Assembly (NCBI GenBank): GCA_905187695.1 | Contig: CAJJIY010000001.1 | Coordinates: 6,831 to 70,830, forward strand | DNA: 64,000 nt | From: an uncultured Eubacteriales bacterium | GTDB taxonomy: Bacteria > Bacillota > Clostridia > Oscillospirales > CAG-272 | Reading direction: 5' to 3' | Shown here: in pieces, positions 18,645 through 28,705 of the stretch | Layout: each line of letters opens with the position of its first letter | Position numbering within the stretch: the first letter of the stretch is position 1 | Made by a program: the position numbers and the translations under genes | The notes under the pieces: generated by a model | Databases searched by the model: none | The model's input: only the letters and a program-made list of their open reading frames with translations | Told to the model about the DNA's origin: nothing

Positions 18645-20035
18645 CAGTCGCGGTTGAAGGCGGCAAAGGCAAGATAAGCCTCATAAAGGTCTACTTTGGA
18701 AATGACCTCAAAAGGTGCGTGCATGGAGATGACCGGTACGCCGAGATCCACGGTTTCGATATTATGCTCGGCAATGAATTTGGCCACGGTTCCGCCGCCG
18801 CCTCCGTCCACTTTGCCGAGTTCGCCGGTCTGCCAGATAACGCCGGCTTTTTCCATAACCGCACGCAACCAGCCGATATATTCGGCGTTGGCATCGTTTG
18901 TGCCGGATTTGCCACGCGCACCGGTATATTTGGTTAGTACCACGCCGCAGGACAGCAGACAGGAGTTCCGTTTTTCAAAGGCGCCGGAGAAATTGGGGTC
19001 ATAAGCGGCGGATACATCGGCGGAAAGGCACTTGGAGTGTGCCCGCACCACAGCCGGATCGGCGCCGAATGCCGCGGAAATTTCATTCATCAGGTCAAGG
19101 AGCAGGTCGCTCTTCATGCCGGTCGTGCCCTCGCTGCCGATCTCTTCTTTGTCGGCCAGCACGCAGATGAGCGTGTGGCGGCTGTCCGCTCCGGCAAAAA
19201 TCGCCTCCAGCGCGGGATAGGCGCACACGCGGTCGTCATGTCCGTAAGAGCCGATGAGCGAACGGTCAAAACCAATGTCGCGCGCTTTGAATGCAGGGAC
19301 GACCGAGAGTTCGGCCGAAAGAAAATCGTGCTCGGTGATGCCGTACTTTTCATGGAGCAATGCCAGGACATTCAGTTTGATGGAATCGCCTTCAAAAGCA
19401 GGGTCAAAGGGGCGGCTGCCGATGAGCACATTCAGTTTTTCACCGGGAATGGCATCTCCCAACGGTTTTTTATCGTCCTCGTGTCCCAGATGGGGCAGAA
19501 GGTCGTTGATATAGAAGACCGGGTCGCCGTCGTCTTCGCCCACGCAGACATCCACACGGGAACCGTCTTTCTTCACCACAACGCCGTGCAGCGCAAGCGG
19601 GGTGGCCACCCACTGATATTTACGGATGCCCCCGTAATAGTGAGTCTTGAAGAAACTCATGCCGTCTTCTTCATAGAGCGGGCACTGTTTGAGATCAAGA
19701 CGGGGAGAATCAATGTGCGCGGCCGAGATCCGGACACCCTCGCTCAGCGGCTCGCTGCCGATGGTGAAAAGGAAGAGATTTTTGCCGCGGTTATCATAAT
19801 AATATTTGCCGCCACGTTCCAGCTTGTCACCGAAAGAGTAAGATTTAAAGCCCTCTTTTTCGGCCAGCGCTACGGAAGTTTTCACCGCCTCGCGTTCGGT
19901 TTTGGCCGCGTCAAGGAAGGCGGCGTATCCGCGCGAGAAGTCATAGGCCGCATTGATATGCGCTTCGTCTTTTGCTTCGTAGACGGTTTTCTTTTTGTAG
20001 GAAAGCTCCTCACTCAGTTTTTTTGCGTCTTTCAT
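18644..20035 (-). CDS. M18 family aminopeptidase
   Basis: 463 aa. AHIDSPRLDLK, HYYGGIRKYQW, GHDDRVCAY and ADKEEIGSEGTTG resemble the aspartyl/M18 aminopeptidase pattern. 1-nt overlap with the prfA start. Confidence 0.82.
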   Translation of the reverse strand: MKDAKKLSEELSYKKKTVYEAKDEAHINAAYDFSRGYAAFLDAAKTEREAVKTSVALAEKEGFKSYSFGDKLERGGKYYYDNRGKNLFLFTIGSEPLSEGVRISAAHIDSPRLDLKQCPLYEEDGMSFFKTHYYGGIRKYQWVATPLALHGVVVKKDGSRVDVCVGEDDGDPVFYINDLLPHLGHEDDKKPLGDAIPGEKLNVLIGSRPFDPAFEGDSIKLNVLALLHEKYGITEHDFLSAELSVVPAFKARDIGFDRSLIGSYGHDDRVCAYPALEAIFAGADSRHTLICVLADKEEIGSEGTTGMKSDLLLDLMNEISAAFGADPAVVRAHSKCLSADVSAAYDPNFSGAFEKRNSCLLSCGVVLTKYTGARGKSGTNDANAEYIGWLRAVMEKAGVIWQTGELGKVDGGGGGTVAKFIAEHNIETVDLGVPVISMHAPFEVISKVDLYEAYLAFAAFNRD

Positions 20036-20047
20036 CTGAATGCTCCT

Positions 20048-20635
20048 TTATTTTAAATTGTATTTGACAGTATATTCCTCAAAAAAGGCATATACGCGGT
20101 TGACATAATTTTGAGTTTCCGGAAAGGGAATTTTCAGTAACACACCGTCCTTGGACAGTGTCGGATCGGAAAGCCAGGTACGCACCCGGCCTTCGCCCGC
20201 GTTATATGCGCAAAGGACCAGCGTGAGGTCGTCAAAAGATTTTTGAAGATAGTCAAGATAGCAAGCGCCGCACCGGATATTGATTTCCGGGGAGAGCAGA
20301 TCTTTTTCGGCATAACACGCGTCGGACAGTAGGGTATCGATGAAAGTCAGCGTTTCCGGCAGAATCTGCATGAGTCCGAGCGCACCGGCCGAGGAGCTTG
20401 CGTTTGCCCTAAAATCGCTCTCCGCACGGATGACGGCAAGGAGTAACGCAGGAGGCAACTGAAATTCCGCGCAGGAAGAAAGCACGGCGTTCATGACGGC
20501 CGCCTCCCGCTCGTCGCGCCGTTTCTTCACGGATCGCTCCGCAAGAGAGAGAGCAAGGGCGGCAATCAAAAGAAAAATCAAAAAAGCGGACAGAAAAATG
20601 GCAAAAGGGCGGCTGACTTTTGTTTTCATGCTCAA
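20048..20635 (-). CDS. lytic transglycosylase (SLT) domain protein, membrane anchored
   Basis: N-terminal TM segment. SLT catalytic region RAESDFRANASSSAGALGLMQILPET and CAYNAGEGRV. Confidence 0.86.
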   Translation of the reverse strand: MSMKTKVSRPFAIFLSAFLIFLLIAALALSLAERSVKKRRDEREAAVMNAVLSSCAEFQLPPALLLAVIRAESDFRANASSSAGALGLMQILPETLTFIDTLLSDACYAEKDLLSPEINIRCGACYLDYLQKSFDDLTLVLCAYNAGEGRVRTWLSDPTLSKDGVLLKIPFPETQNYVNRVYAFFEEYTVKYNLK

Positions 20636-21240
20636 AGAAGGCCGTTTTCAAGAAGAAAAGCTTTGATTTTTTCCTCCAGTTCGGCCACACTCCCGTTATT
20701 CTCGAGAATGACCGGACAGCGTGCCCGGAAAAAACTGTCGTCCTGTTGCGCGAAGATCCGCTTTTCGGCGGCTTCCGCAGAAAGACCGTCGCGCGCCAAA
20801 ATCCGCGAAAGGCGTTTTTCTTTTTCCGAAAGTACGGCAATCAGTCGGTCACATTCCCGGTCGGCACCGGCTTCAAAAAGTTGCGGAGCATCCAGCAAAA
20901 CGGCACGGGCGCCCTCTTTGCGGTATTTTTCCGTCATTTCTTTTACCTTTGCCATAATATATGTATGGGTGAGTGTGTTGAGCTTATGCAAGCGATTGGG
21001 CGTATCCGGATGACCGAAGACCATTCCGGCCAGTTTTTTTCGATCCACACAGCCGTTTTTACAAAGAATTTCTTTCCCGAAAGCTGAAGCAAGCGCTTGC
21101 GTGCAGGGACTTTCCGGATTCAGAAGCAGTTCGTGATAAACTTTATCGGCATCAATGGAAGGAATGCCGTATTTCCGGAAAATGGCCGCCGCCGTGCCTT
21201 TGCCCGCGCCGGTCGGTCCGGTAAGGCCGATGAGCATCAT
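20632..21240 (-). CDS. coaE: dephospho-CoA kinase
   Basis: ORF 20632..21399 trimmed to ATG 21240, giving an ATGA-type overlap with the upstream gene stop at 21237. P-loop MLIGLTGPTGAGKGT. Confidence 0.9.
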   Translation of the reverse strand: MMLIGLTGPTGAGKGTAAAIFRKYGIPSIDADKVYHELLLNPESPCTQALASAFGKEILCKNGCVDRKKLAGMVFGHPDTPNRLHKLNTLTHTYIMAKVKEMTEKYRKEGARAVLLDAPQLFEAGADRECDRLIAVLSEKEKRLSRILARDGLSAEAAEKRIFAQQDDSFFRARCPVILENNGSVAELEEKIKAFLLENGLL

Positions 21241-22394
21241 AAGATCGTTTCCTCCCGACCGTTTTTGTCCGAACAGAGCGCGGCCGCCATCACTTCTTCC
21301 ACCCGGAGCGCGTCCGAAAAATCCGGATGAAATTCCGCTTTTTCTCCGGAAACCGTCCGCAGGAAAGAAGCGTAACTCATGACATGGCCGCGAAGCCAAC
21401 CGAGCGGAGCTTTCGGAGATGGAAACGCGCCGTCCGGCGCGGGATAGCGCCCGCCTGTAGCGATTCCGGTGAAGCCGGCCAAACCGCCAAACGCCCCGGT
21501 TGAAGCGGTCGCGTCATAAAAGGAAAGCACATTGGGGTTCATCAGTGAAAAGGAAAGCGCACCCTTCGTTCCGGAGATCCGGAACGAAAGATCGTCCTGC
21601 GTGCCGGTGGCCAATTTACTGGCTGTGAGCGTGCCATAGGCACCTTCCTTTGTCCGGACGGTCAGATAAAAGGCTTCCGGCGCGTCGGTCTTTGTTTCTT
21701 TTTTATCTGGTCCAAGGCGTTTTGGGAAGGCGATCTGACTTTTTCCGGTGACGGCACAAATCGGCCCGCATAAGAAAAGCGCAAGATCGATAATGTGAGA
21801 GCCAAGGTCGAAAAGGACGCCGCCCTCTCCGCAGATACCGGCGGTCTGTTTCCAGCCCATCGGCTTTTGGGCATCGGCGGCGGAATCGTGCAGATAGGAG
21901 AAGGAAAACTCCAGAATCCGTCCGAGCGCTCCTTCGTCAATGAGAGATTTTGCCCGAAGGACGGCAGGCAGGAAACGGTTGTTGAAAACCACGCCGCAAG
22001 TCCGTCCGGCCGAGAGTTCACACAATTTAGCGGCCATTTTGGGGTCGCCGCACAGCGGTTTTTCGCAGTAGACGGATTTGCCGGCCAGCAGGGCTTTTTG
22101 GACAGCTTCAAAATGGAAAACATTCGGCGTACAAATGTCGATGACATCAATATTTGCGGATTCAATCAGTTCATTCTCGTTTTCCGCCGCAAAGGGAACA
22201 CCCCATTCTTCGGCGGCGTGCCGGGCGTTTTCCGGATGACCTGCCGCCACGCCCGTAAGTGTGGCGCGGAATGGAAGATCTTTGCAGTAAAAAGGCAGAG
22301 AGCGGATTGCAAAAGCATGGGTCCTTCCCATGGATCCGACACCGAGCAGACCGATACGAATTTCTTTTTTCACGGCGTTTCTGCCTTTCTTCAA
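21237..22394 (-). CDS. Gfo/Idh/MocA family oxidoreductase
   Basis: N-terminal Rossmann IRIGLLGVGSMGRTHA and the EKP motif VYCEKPL. Confidence 0.85.
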   Translation of the reverse strand: MKKGRNAVKKEIRIGLLGVGSMGRTHAFAIRSLPFYCKDLPFRATLTGVAAGHPENARHAAEEWGVPFAAENENELIESANIDVIDICTPNVFHFEAVQKALLAGKSVYCEKPLCGDPKMAAKLCELSAGRTCGVVFNNRFLPAVLRAKSLIDEGALGRILEFSFSYLHDSAADAQKPMGWKQTAGICGEGGVLFDLGSHIIDLALFLCGPICAVTGKSQIAFPKRLGPDKKETKTDAPEAFYLTVRTKEGAYGTLTASKLATGTQDDLSFRISGTKGALSFSLMNPNVLSFYDATASTGAFGGLAGFTGIATGGRYPAPDGAFPSPKAPLGWLRGHVMSYASFLRTVSGEKAEFHPDFSDALRVEEVMAAALCSDKNGREETIL

Positions 22395-22445
22395 ATATTT
22401 ACATTATATTATACAACATAATTATTAGAAATGCAAGATTTTGAC

Positions 22446-22474
22446 TTGAAATTTTCGCCTTTTTCGACTATAAT
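22446..22474 (+). promoter_or_regulatory. sigma-A promoter for the HAD-murB-whiA-dnaE block
   Basis: TTGAAA (22446-22451), a 17-nt spacer, then TATAAT (22469-22474). Confidence 0.6.
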
Positions 22475-22497
22475 AAAATTATCTTGACAAAGAAGGA

Positions 22498-23196
22498 GTG
22501 GCTTTGAGGGTGAAATACCGTTTTTTGCTTTTGGACGCGGACGGCACACTGTTTGATTTTCTCCGGTGCGAACATGATGCGCTCATAGACGCGCTTGCGG
22601 ATTTCGGAGTGACGGCCGATGAGGAAATGGTGAAAAGTTACAGCCGCATCAATGATCGTCTTTGGAAGATGCTGGAGCGCGGTGAAATCCGGAAAAATGT
22701 CCTGCGTGAGGAACGCTTTCGCCGTTTTGCGGTCGAATACGGTTTTTCGCTGGATATCCCGGCACTTTCAGCGGCCTATACGGATCACCTTTCCGCCAAA
22801 AATTTTCTGGTGCCGGGGGCATTGCCTGTCTGCCGTACACTTGCGGGAAAATATAAACTCTACATTGTAACGAACGGCCTGAAGACTGTGCAGGAAAGAA
22901 GGCTGAACGCCTCTCCTCTTTGCCCGTTTTTCTCCGGGCGCTTTATTTCGGAAGAGATGGGCGCGGAAAAGCCCTCTCCCGCCTTTTTTGCGGCGGTAGA
23001 CGCACGCATCCCGGATTTTTCGCCCGAAAAGGCGCTGATCATCGGGGATTCTCTTTCCTCGGATATGAAAGGCGGCGTGGCGGCCGGTATCGATACCTGC
23101 TGGTATAACCCTGCGGGATTGCCGACTCCGAAAGACATGAACATCACCTACACCATCGGGCGGCTTGAAGAACTTCTGCCGCTTCTGGGGCTTTGA
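22498..23196 (+). CDS. HAD-IA hydrolase, YjjG-like nucleotidase family
   Basis: DxDxT motif LLLDADGTLFDF, TNG and IIGDSLSSDMKGG. The true start may be GTG 22510, which has better spacing from the AAGGAG SD at 22494. Confidence 0.85.
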   Translation: MALRVKYRFLLLDADGTLFDFLRCEHDALIDALADFGVTADEEMVKSYSRINDRLWKMLERGEIRKNVLREERFRRFAVEYGFSLDIPALSAAYTDHLSAKNFLVPGALPVCRTLAGKYKLYIVTNGLKTVQERRLNASPLCPFFSGRFISEEMGAEKPSPAFFAAVDARIPDFSPEKALIIGDSLSSDMKGGVAAGIDTCWYNPAGLPTPKDMNITYTIGRLEELLPLLGL

Positions 23197-24095
23197 TGCT
23201 CCGGCGCTATCTGGAACTGTTAAAAACAAAGAATGTTGCATTTAAAGAGAATCTGACCGGAAGAGAACTGTCTACCTTTCGGATCGGCGGCCCCTGCCGG
23301 TTGACGGTGATGCCCGCTTGCGGTGAAGAACTGATTTTTTCCGCGCGTGCCGCCAAAGTTCTTTCTTTACCTTTTGTAATCATCGGGCGGGGAAGCAATC
23401 TGCTTTTTCCGGACGAAGAATTTTCAAAAATTTTAATCCTCACTACCGGAATAAAGGGCTTTCGCTTCGAAAGAAACGCCATAGCGGCCGATGCGGGATG
23501 TTCACTGTCACGCCTTGCTTTCCTGACCGCAAGGCAAGGGTACGCGGATCTTGCCTTTGCAGCCGGGATCCCGGGAACCGTAGGCGGCGGCGTCTTTATG
23601 AATGCGGGAGCGCACGGATTTTCGCTTTCCGATGTTTTGCTGTCTGTGACCGCCTATAAATCTGACGAAGACAAAATAAAGACATATTTTCCTGAAGAAT
23701 TGAACACAAGTTACAGATATTCTGTTTTTCAGGACAACAATGAAATTATTCTGCATGTCAAGCTCCGTCTGAACGCCTCTGTCGGTGAGACGGCAATGAC
23801 GCATGTGCGGGAATATCTTTCTCATCGCAGAAAAACGCAACCGCTGACCATGCCGAGCGCCGGAAGTTTTTTCCGTCGGCCGGCAGAGGGTTATCCGCTC
23901 TCGGCGTTGTTGGATGAAATGGGGCTGAAAGGTTTGCGAATCCAAGATGCGGCAGTATCAAAAAAGCACGCCGGTTTTATTGTCAATCTCGGCGCGGCCC
24001 GCGCAGCCGATGTGAAGGCGTTGGCCGCACGGATCGCCGACAGGGTGGAAAAAGAAAAAGGATTTCGGCCCGTGCCGGAAGTCCGCTTTCTTTAA
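23196..24095 (+). CDS. murB: UDP-N-acetylmuramate dehydrogenase
   Basis: ORF 23193..24095 with ATG at 23196. FRIGGPCRL, IIGRGSNLLF, GIPGTVGGGVFMNAGAHG and PSAGSFFRRP. Confidence 0.93.
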   Translation: MLRRYLELLKTKNVAFKENLTGRELSTFRIGGPCRLTVMPACGEELIFSARAAKVLSLPFVIIGRGSNLLFPDEEFSKILILTTGIKGFRFERNAIAADAGCSLSRLAFLTARQGYADLAFAAGIPGTVGGGVFMNAGAHGFSLSDVLLSVTAYKSDEDKIKTYFPEELNTSYRYSVFQDNNEIILHVKLRLNASVGETAMTHVREYLSHRRKTQPLTMPSAGSFFRRPAEGYPLSALLDEMGLKGLRIQDAAVSKKHAGFIVNLGAARAADVKALAARIADRVEKEKGFRPVPEVRFL

Positions 24096-24132
24096 AGGCG
24101 CTCGCTTGAATTCAGATGCAAAGGATGTAAAC

Positions 24133-24984
24133 ATGAATTTTTCGCTCAAGTTGAAAGAAGAATGGATCGCGGGCGCACCGCACGCGCCCTGTTGCCGTCA
24201 TGCTTATCTGCGCGGTCTTTTCCTGGACGCGGGGCAGACCCGCTCCGGGCGCGTGGTGCTTTCGCTGTCTTCGGCCGCGGCCAAAGAAGAAAGCGCCCGG
24301 ATATACCGGGAATGTTATAAAAAAGAGGTTCTGGTCGGGGATGGCGGCCGGCTTTTCTTTGCCTCGGGGGAGCTTTTTGAGGAACTTACAAAGCCGCCTG
24401 TGTTTGTATGCGCGCATTGCAGGGAACATTTTTTGCGTGGCATTTTTGTGGCCAGAGCCGGAATGACCGATCCGGAAAAAGGCTACCGTTTTGAGATCCG
24501 GCTCCGTGATGCGGAAAATCTTTCTCTTCTCACGGAAACGCTGGCCGTTTTCGGATGGGAGCCGATCATCCGGACGCACCGGGGCGAAGTATCGCTTTAT
24601 TTCAAAGACAGCACCGTCATGGAGGAAATCCTCACATTGACGGGAGCGCACAATGCGCTGTTTGCGCTGATGAACGCCAAGATCAATCGCGGAATCCGGA
24701 ATGATGAAAACCGCGCCACCAACTGTGTGACCAGCAATATCGGGAAATCGATTCGTGCCGCCGGAGAGGTCCTTTCGGCGATCGAATACATCAAATCGAT
24801 CGGTGCGCTCGGTGCGCTTTCCCCGGAATTGCAGAAAACCGCGCTCCTGCGTGCCGAACATCCGGAAGCCACACTGCCGGAACTGGCGGCACTCCACAAT
24901 CCGCCGATCACCAAATCGGGGCTCAGCCATCGGTTACACAAAATTATCGAGATTGCCGGAGAATGGCCGGAAAAGGAAAACTGA
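24133..24984 (+). CDS. whiA: DNA-binding sporulation/cell-division regulator WhiA
   Basis: ORF 24106..24984 trimmed to ATG 24133. The MNFSLKLKEEW N-terminus is typical of WhiA. C-terminal HTH: ATLPELAALHNPPITKSGLSHRLHKIIEIA. Confidence 0.9.
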   Translation: MNFSLKLKEEWIAGAPHAPCCRHAYLRGLFLDAGQTRSGRVVLSLSSAAAKEESARIYRECYKKEVLVGDGGRLFFASGELFEELTKPPVFVCAHCREHFLRGIFVARAGMTDPEKGYRFEIRLRDAENLSLLTETLAVFGWEPIIRTHRGEVSLYFKDSTVMEEILTLTGAHNALFALMNAKINRGIRNDENRATNCVTSNIGKSIRAAGEVLSAIEYIKSIGALGALSPELQKTALLRAEHPEATLPELAALHNPPITKSGLSHRLHKIIEIAGEWPEKEN

Positions 24985-25046
24985 CTCCGAAAAAGACCGT
25001 ATAAAAAAGCAAATGAAACACCAAAAAGAAAAGGAAGGGAAGGGCC

Positions 25047-28000
25047 ATGTCGGATTTTGTTCATCTGCATCTGCACAGCGAATACAGTCTTCTGGACGGC
25101 GCCTGCCGGATCAGGGAGATTCCGCTCCGCGCCAAAGCCTGTGGGCACAGCGCCGTTGCGCTGACCGATCACGGCGTACTTTACGGTGCGGTAGCTTTTT
25201 ATGATGCCTGCCGCGCGGCCGGTGTCAAACCGATTATCGGATGCGAGGTCTATGTGGCTCCGCGCACCCGGTTTGACAAAACGACCTCGGACGCGCATCC
25301 TTATCATCTGGTACTTCTTTGCGAGAACGAAACCGGATATCGCAATTTGCTGACATTGGTCTCATTGGCCTTTACGGAAGGCTTCTATTCCAAACCGCGG
25401 GTGGATATGGAATTGCTTTTCCGTTATCACGAGGGACTTATTGCGCTGTCGGCCTGCCTTGCCGGGCAGATCCCGCGCGCGCTGGTTGCCGGAGACGCCA
25501 AAGAGGCCGAGCGTGCCGCCCGGGCCCTTTCGGATATTTTCGGGCCGGATCATTTTTATATTGAGCTTCAAAATCACGGTCTGCCGGAAGAAAGCCAGAT
25601 CCTCCCGATGCTGGTTTCTCTCTCCCGAGCTCTTGGGTTGCCTATGGTGGCCACCAATGACTGTCACTACCTTGAAAAGAAGGACGCCGAAACGCAGGCG
25701 GTGCTTTTGGCCATTCAGACCAACACGCGCCTTTCGGACGGCCCCGCCATCGGGTTTGAAACCGAGGAATTCTACTATAAAACCACCGAGGAAATGACAT
25801 CGCTTTTTTCGGCTTATCCGGAAGCGATCGAAAACAGCGTCCGGATTGCCGAGCGTTGCCGGTTTGATTTCCGTTTCGGGGAGATTCATCTGCCGAAATT
25901 TCCCGTGCCTGCGGGACAAAGCGCCGAAAGTTACCTGCGCACATTGACGCTGCTTGGTTTTAAGCGGCGCGAAACGGCGGGAGAACTTGATTTTATCCAT
26001 CACGAAGAACGGGTGTACCGGGAACGGATGGAATACGAACTTTCGGTAATCGGCAGTATGGGGTATGACGATTATTTCCTGATCGTGCAGGACTATGTCG
26101 GTTTTGCCAAAAGCAAAGAGATTCCGGTGGGTCCTGGGCGCGGATCCGGTGCGGGGAGCCTGGTGGCCTATCTGCTGGGCATTACCGATGTGGATCCGAT
26201 CCGTTTTGACCTGCTTTTTGAGCGGTTTCTCAATCCGGAACGGATTAGTATGCCGGATATTGATGTGGACTTTTGTTATATCCGCCGGGATGAGGTGATT
26301 GATTATGTCAGTCGCCGTTACGGCCGGGATCATGTCTCGCAGATTGTCACTTTCGGAACGCTGGCTTCCCGTGCCGCCGTGCGGGATGTGGGGCGGGTGC
26401 TCGGCATGCCTTATTCCGAGGTGGATGCGGTGGCCAAGGCGATTCCGCGCGAACTGAATATCACGGTGCGGGAGGCATTGAAAACGCCGGCGCTGGAGCG
26501 GATGTACCGCGAAAACGGTGAGATCCGACGGCTGTTGGATCTGTCCATGGCTCTGGAGGGAATGCCACGCAATGCTTCGATTCATGCGGCCGGTGTTCTG
26601 ATCACCGAACGCCCGCTTTCGGAATATGTTCCGCTTTCGGAAAGCAACGGCGTGGTGGTGGCGCAATATGACATGGATACGCTTGCCCGGCTTGGACTTT
26701 TGAAATTTGACTTTCTGGGTTTGCGCTACCTGACCATTATTGATGACGCGGTGCGGGAAGTCCGGGGGGAACGACCTGATTTTGATATGGAAAAACTGCC
26801 GCTTGATGACAGCGAAACCTATCGTCTGATCGCTTCCGGGAATACGGGCGGCGTTTTTCAGCTCGAATCAGCCGGTATGCGCCAGATGCTGATGAACCTT
26901 GGGCCGGATTCTTTTTCGGACATTGTGGCCGCCATTGCGCTTTACCGTCCCGGTCCGATGGATTCTATCCCCAAATTTATTGAAAACAGAAAGCATCCCG
27001 AAAACATCCGTTATGAGATTAAAGAACTGGCGCCGATTCTGAATTCCACTTATGGCTGTGTTCTTTATCAGGAACAGGTCATGGAGATTTTCCGGAATCT
27101 TTCCGGATATACCTTTGGTCATGCGGATGTCGTGCGCCGGGCCATGTCCAAGAAAAAGGCGGATGTCATGGCCGCCGAGCGGGAAGGTTTTCTTTCCGGT
27201 TGTGTGGCGCACGGCATCGACCGGATGGCCGCCGGGAAACTTTTTGATGAACTTTCCGCCTTTGCCAATTACGCTTTCAACAAGAGCCACGCCGCCGCTT
27301 ATGCGGTGCTTTCTTACCGAACCGCTTATCTCAAGTGCCATATGCCGAAAGCGTTTTTTGCCGCGCTTCTTACGGCAGAACTCGGAAATGCGCAGAAAAT
27401 CGCCGAATATATTGCGGAGGCCGGCCGCCGTAAGATCCGGGTTCTGCCGCCGGATATCAACGAATCCGATGTTTCCTTTCATGTGTGCGGAGATCACATC
27501 CGGTTCGGTTTACTGGCTGTAAAAAATGTCGGACGGACATTCCTTCAGGATGTGATAGAAGAGCGCAAACGCGGCGGCGCATACCGTTCTTTTGAAGATT
27601 TCGCCGGGAGATTGCCCGGCCGGGATCTGAATCGAAGGCAACTTGAATCCCTTATTAAAGTCGGCGCTTTTGACAGCCTTGGTCGGCACAGAAGTCAGCT
27701 GATGGCCGTGCTTGATCCCTTGCTTGAACATTTGCAAAGCCGGAACCGTGCCAATCTGACCGGACAACTGGATATGTTTTCTCAACCGGGGGCCGATGCG
27801 CCGGATATCCGTTATCCGGATATCCCGGAATATGACAAAAAGACATTGCTGACTGCCGAAAAAGAAGTGGCCGGTCTTTATTTTTCCGGACATATTCTGG
27901 ATCAGTATATGGCTGCGCTTGCCGATTCCTCGCTTCTTGAGATCAGATCCGTTTATGAAAAAGACCAAAACGGGGAATATTGCCACAGCGACCGTGAAAA

Positions 28001-28634
28001 GGTGCGCGTGGCCGGAATTGTCAGCGGATTGACTGTCAAAACCACAAAAAATAATGAAAAGATGGCTTTCTTTACGCTGGAAGATTATTTCAGCGAAATC
28101 GAATGCCTTTTGTTTCCGCGCCTGTTTGCCGAATATGAGGGTAAAATCCGGAATGAAGAAGTTCTTTGCGTAGAGGGAACACTGTCCTTTAAGGAAGAAG
28201 AAAATCCGAAACTGACCGTAACGGCAATGGCTCCGCTTTGTGCGGATTTGGAAATCGGAACAAACGGACAGCCGCGGGTCGAACCCGCACCCCAAAACGA
28301 TTTACCGGTGAATCCGCACAATGATTTGAAGCAAAACAATCCGGCACCGGCATCTTCCGGGAGCTGGAAAGAGACCGAACTTCAATCCGTAAAAAACGCC
28401 GTGTCCATGCCGCGTGCCCCAAGGATCCTTTATCTGCGTGTGCCCGCTCTTTCTCATCCGATCACGGAAAAGCTCAAGAATTTTCTTGCTATTTTTGAGG
28501 GAAATTTGCCCGTGCGGATTTATGACACCGAACACGCGGCTTATCATACTTTTTCGGGCGGGTTCTTGGCAGATGATTTTACGGTCTCGGAACTTGTGAA
28601 AATGTTGGGAAAAGAAAATGTTGTCCTGAAATGA
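25047..28634 (+). CDS. dnaE: DNA polymerase III alpha subunit (DnaE type)
   Basis: PHP N-terminus FVHLHLHSEYSLLDGA, polymerase core GPGRGSGAGSLVAYLLGIT and MPDIDVDF, and a C-terminal OB fold. 1195 aa. Confidence 0.97.
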   Translation: MSDFVHLHLHSEYSLLDGACRIREIPLRAKACGHSAVALTDHGVLYGAVAFYDACRAAGVKPIIGCEVYVAPRTRFDKTTSDAHPYHLVLLCENETGYRNLLTLVSLAFTEGFYSKPRVDMELLFRYHEGLIALSACLAGQIPRALVAGDAKEAERAARALSDIFGPDHFYIELQNHGLPEESQILPMLVSLSRALGLPMVATNDCHYLEKKDAETQAVLLAIQTNTRLSDGPAIGFETEEFYYKTTEEMTSLFSAYPEAIENSVRIAERCRFDFRFGEIHLPKFPVPAGQSAESYLRTLTLLGFKRRETAGELDFIHHEERVYRERMEYELSVIGSMGYDDYFLIVQDYVGFAKSKEIPVGPGRGSGAGSLVAYLLGITDVDPIRFDLLFERFLNPERISMPDIDVDFCYIRRDEVIDYVSRRYGRDHVSQIVTFGTLASRAAVRDVGRVLGMPYSEVDAVAKAIPRELNITVREALKTPALERMYRENGEIRRLLDLSMALEGMPRNASIHAAGVLITERPLSEYVPLSESNGVVVAQYDMDTLARLGLLKFDFLGLRYLTIIDDAVREVRGERPDFDMEKLPLDDSETYRLIASGNTGGVFQLESAGMRQMLMNLGPDSFSDIVAAIALYRPGPMDSIPKFIENRKHPENIRYEIKELAPILNSTYGCVLYQEQVMEIFRNLSGYTFGHADVVRRAMSKKKADVMAAEREGFLSGCVAHGIDRMAAGKLFDELSAFANYAFNKSHAAAYAVLSYRTAYLKCHMPKAFFAALLTAELGNAQKIAEYIAEAGRRKIRVLPPDINESDVSFHVCGDHIRFGLLAVKNVGRTFLQDVIEERKRGGAYRSFEDFAGRLPGRDLNRRQLESLIKVGAFDSLGRHRSQLMAVLDPLLEHLQSRNRANLTGQLDMFSQPGADAPDIRYPDIPEYDKKTLLTAEKEVAGLYFSGHILDQYMAALADSSLLEIRSVYEKDQNGEYCHSDREKVRVAGIVSGLTVKTTKNNEKMAFFTLEDYFSEIECLLFPRLFAEYEGKIRNEEVLCVEGTLSFKEEENPKLTVTAMAPLCADLEIGTNGQPRVEPAPQNDLPVNPHNDLKQNNPAPASSGSWKETELQSVKNAVSMPRAPRILYLRVPALSHPITEKLKNFLAIFEGNLPVRIYDTEHAAYHTFSGGFLADDFTVSELVKMLGKENVVLK

Positions 28635-28660
28635 CGCTTGCCCAAAATCCGTTAGGTATC

Positions 28661-28705
28661 TCACCCCCACCGCCGGAAATACTATTTCCGAGTGGGGGTG
28701 TTTTT
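28661..28705 (+). terminator. intrinsic terminator/attenuator between dnaE and the PBP gene
   Basis: CACCCCCAC (28662-28670) pairs with GTGGGGGTG (28692-28700). The inner stem is CGGAAAT/ATTTCCG. TTTTT (28701-28705) abuts ATG 28706. Confidence 0.7.
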
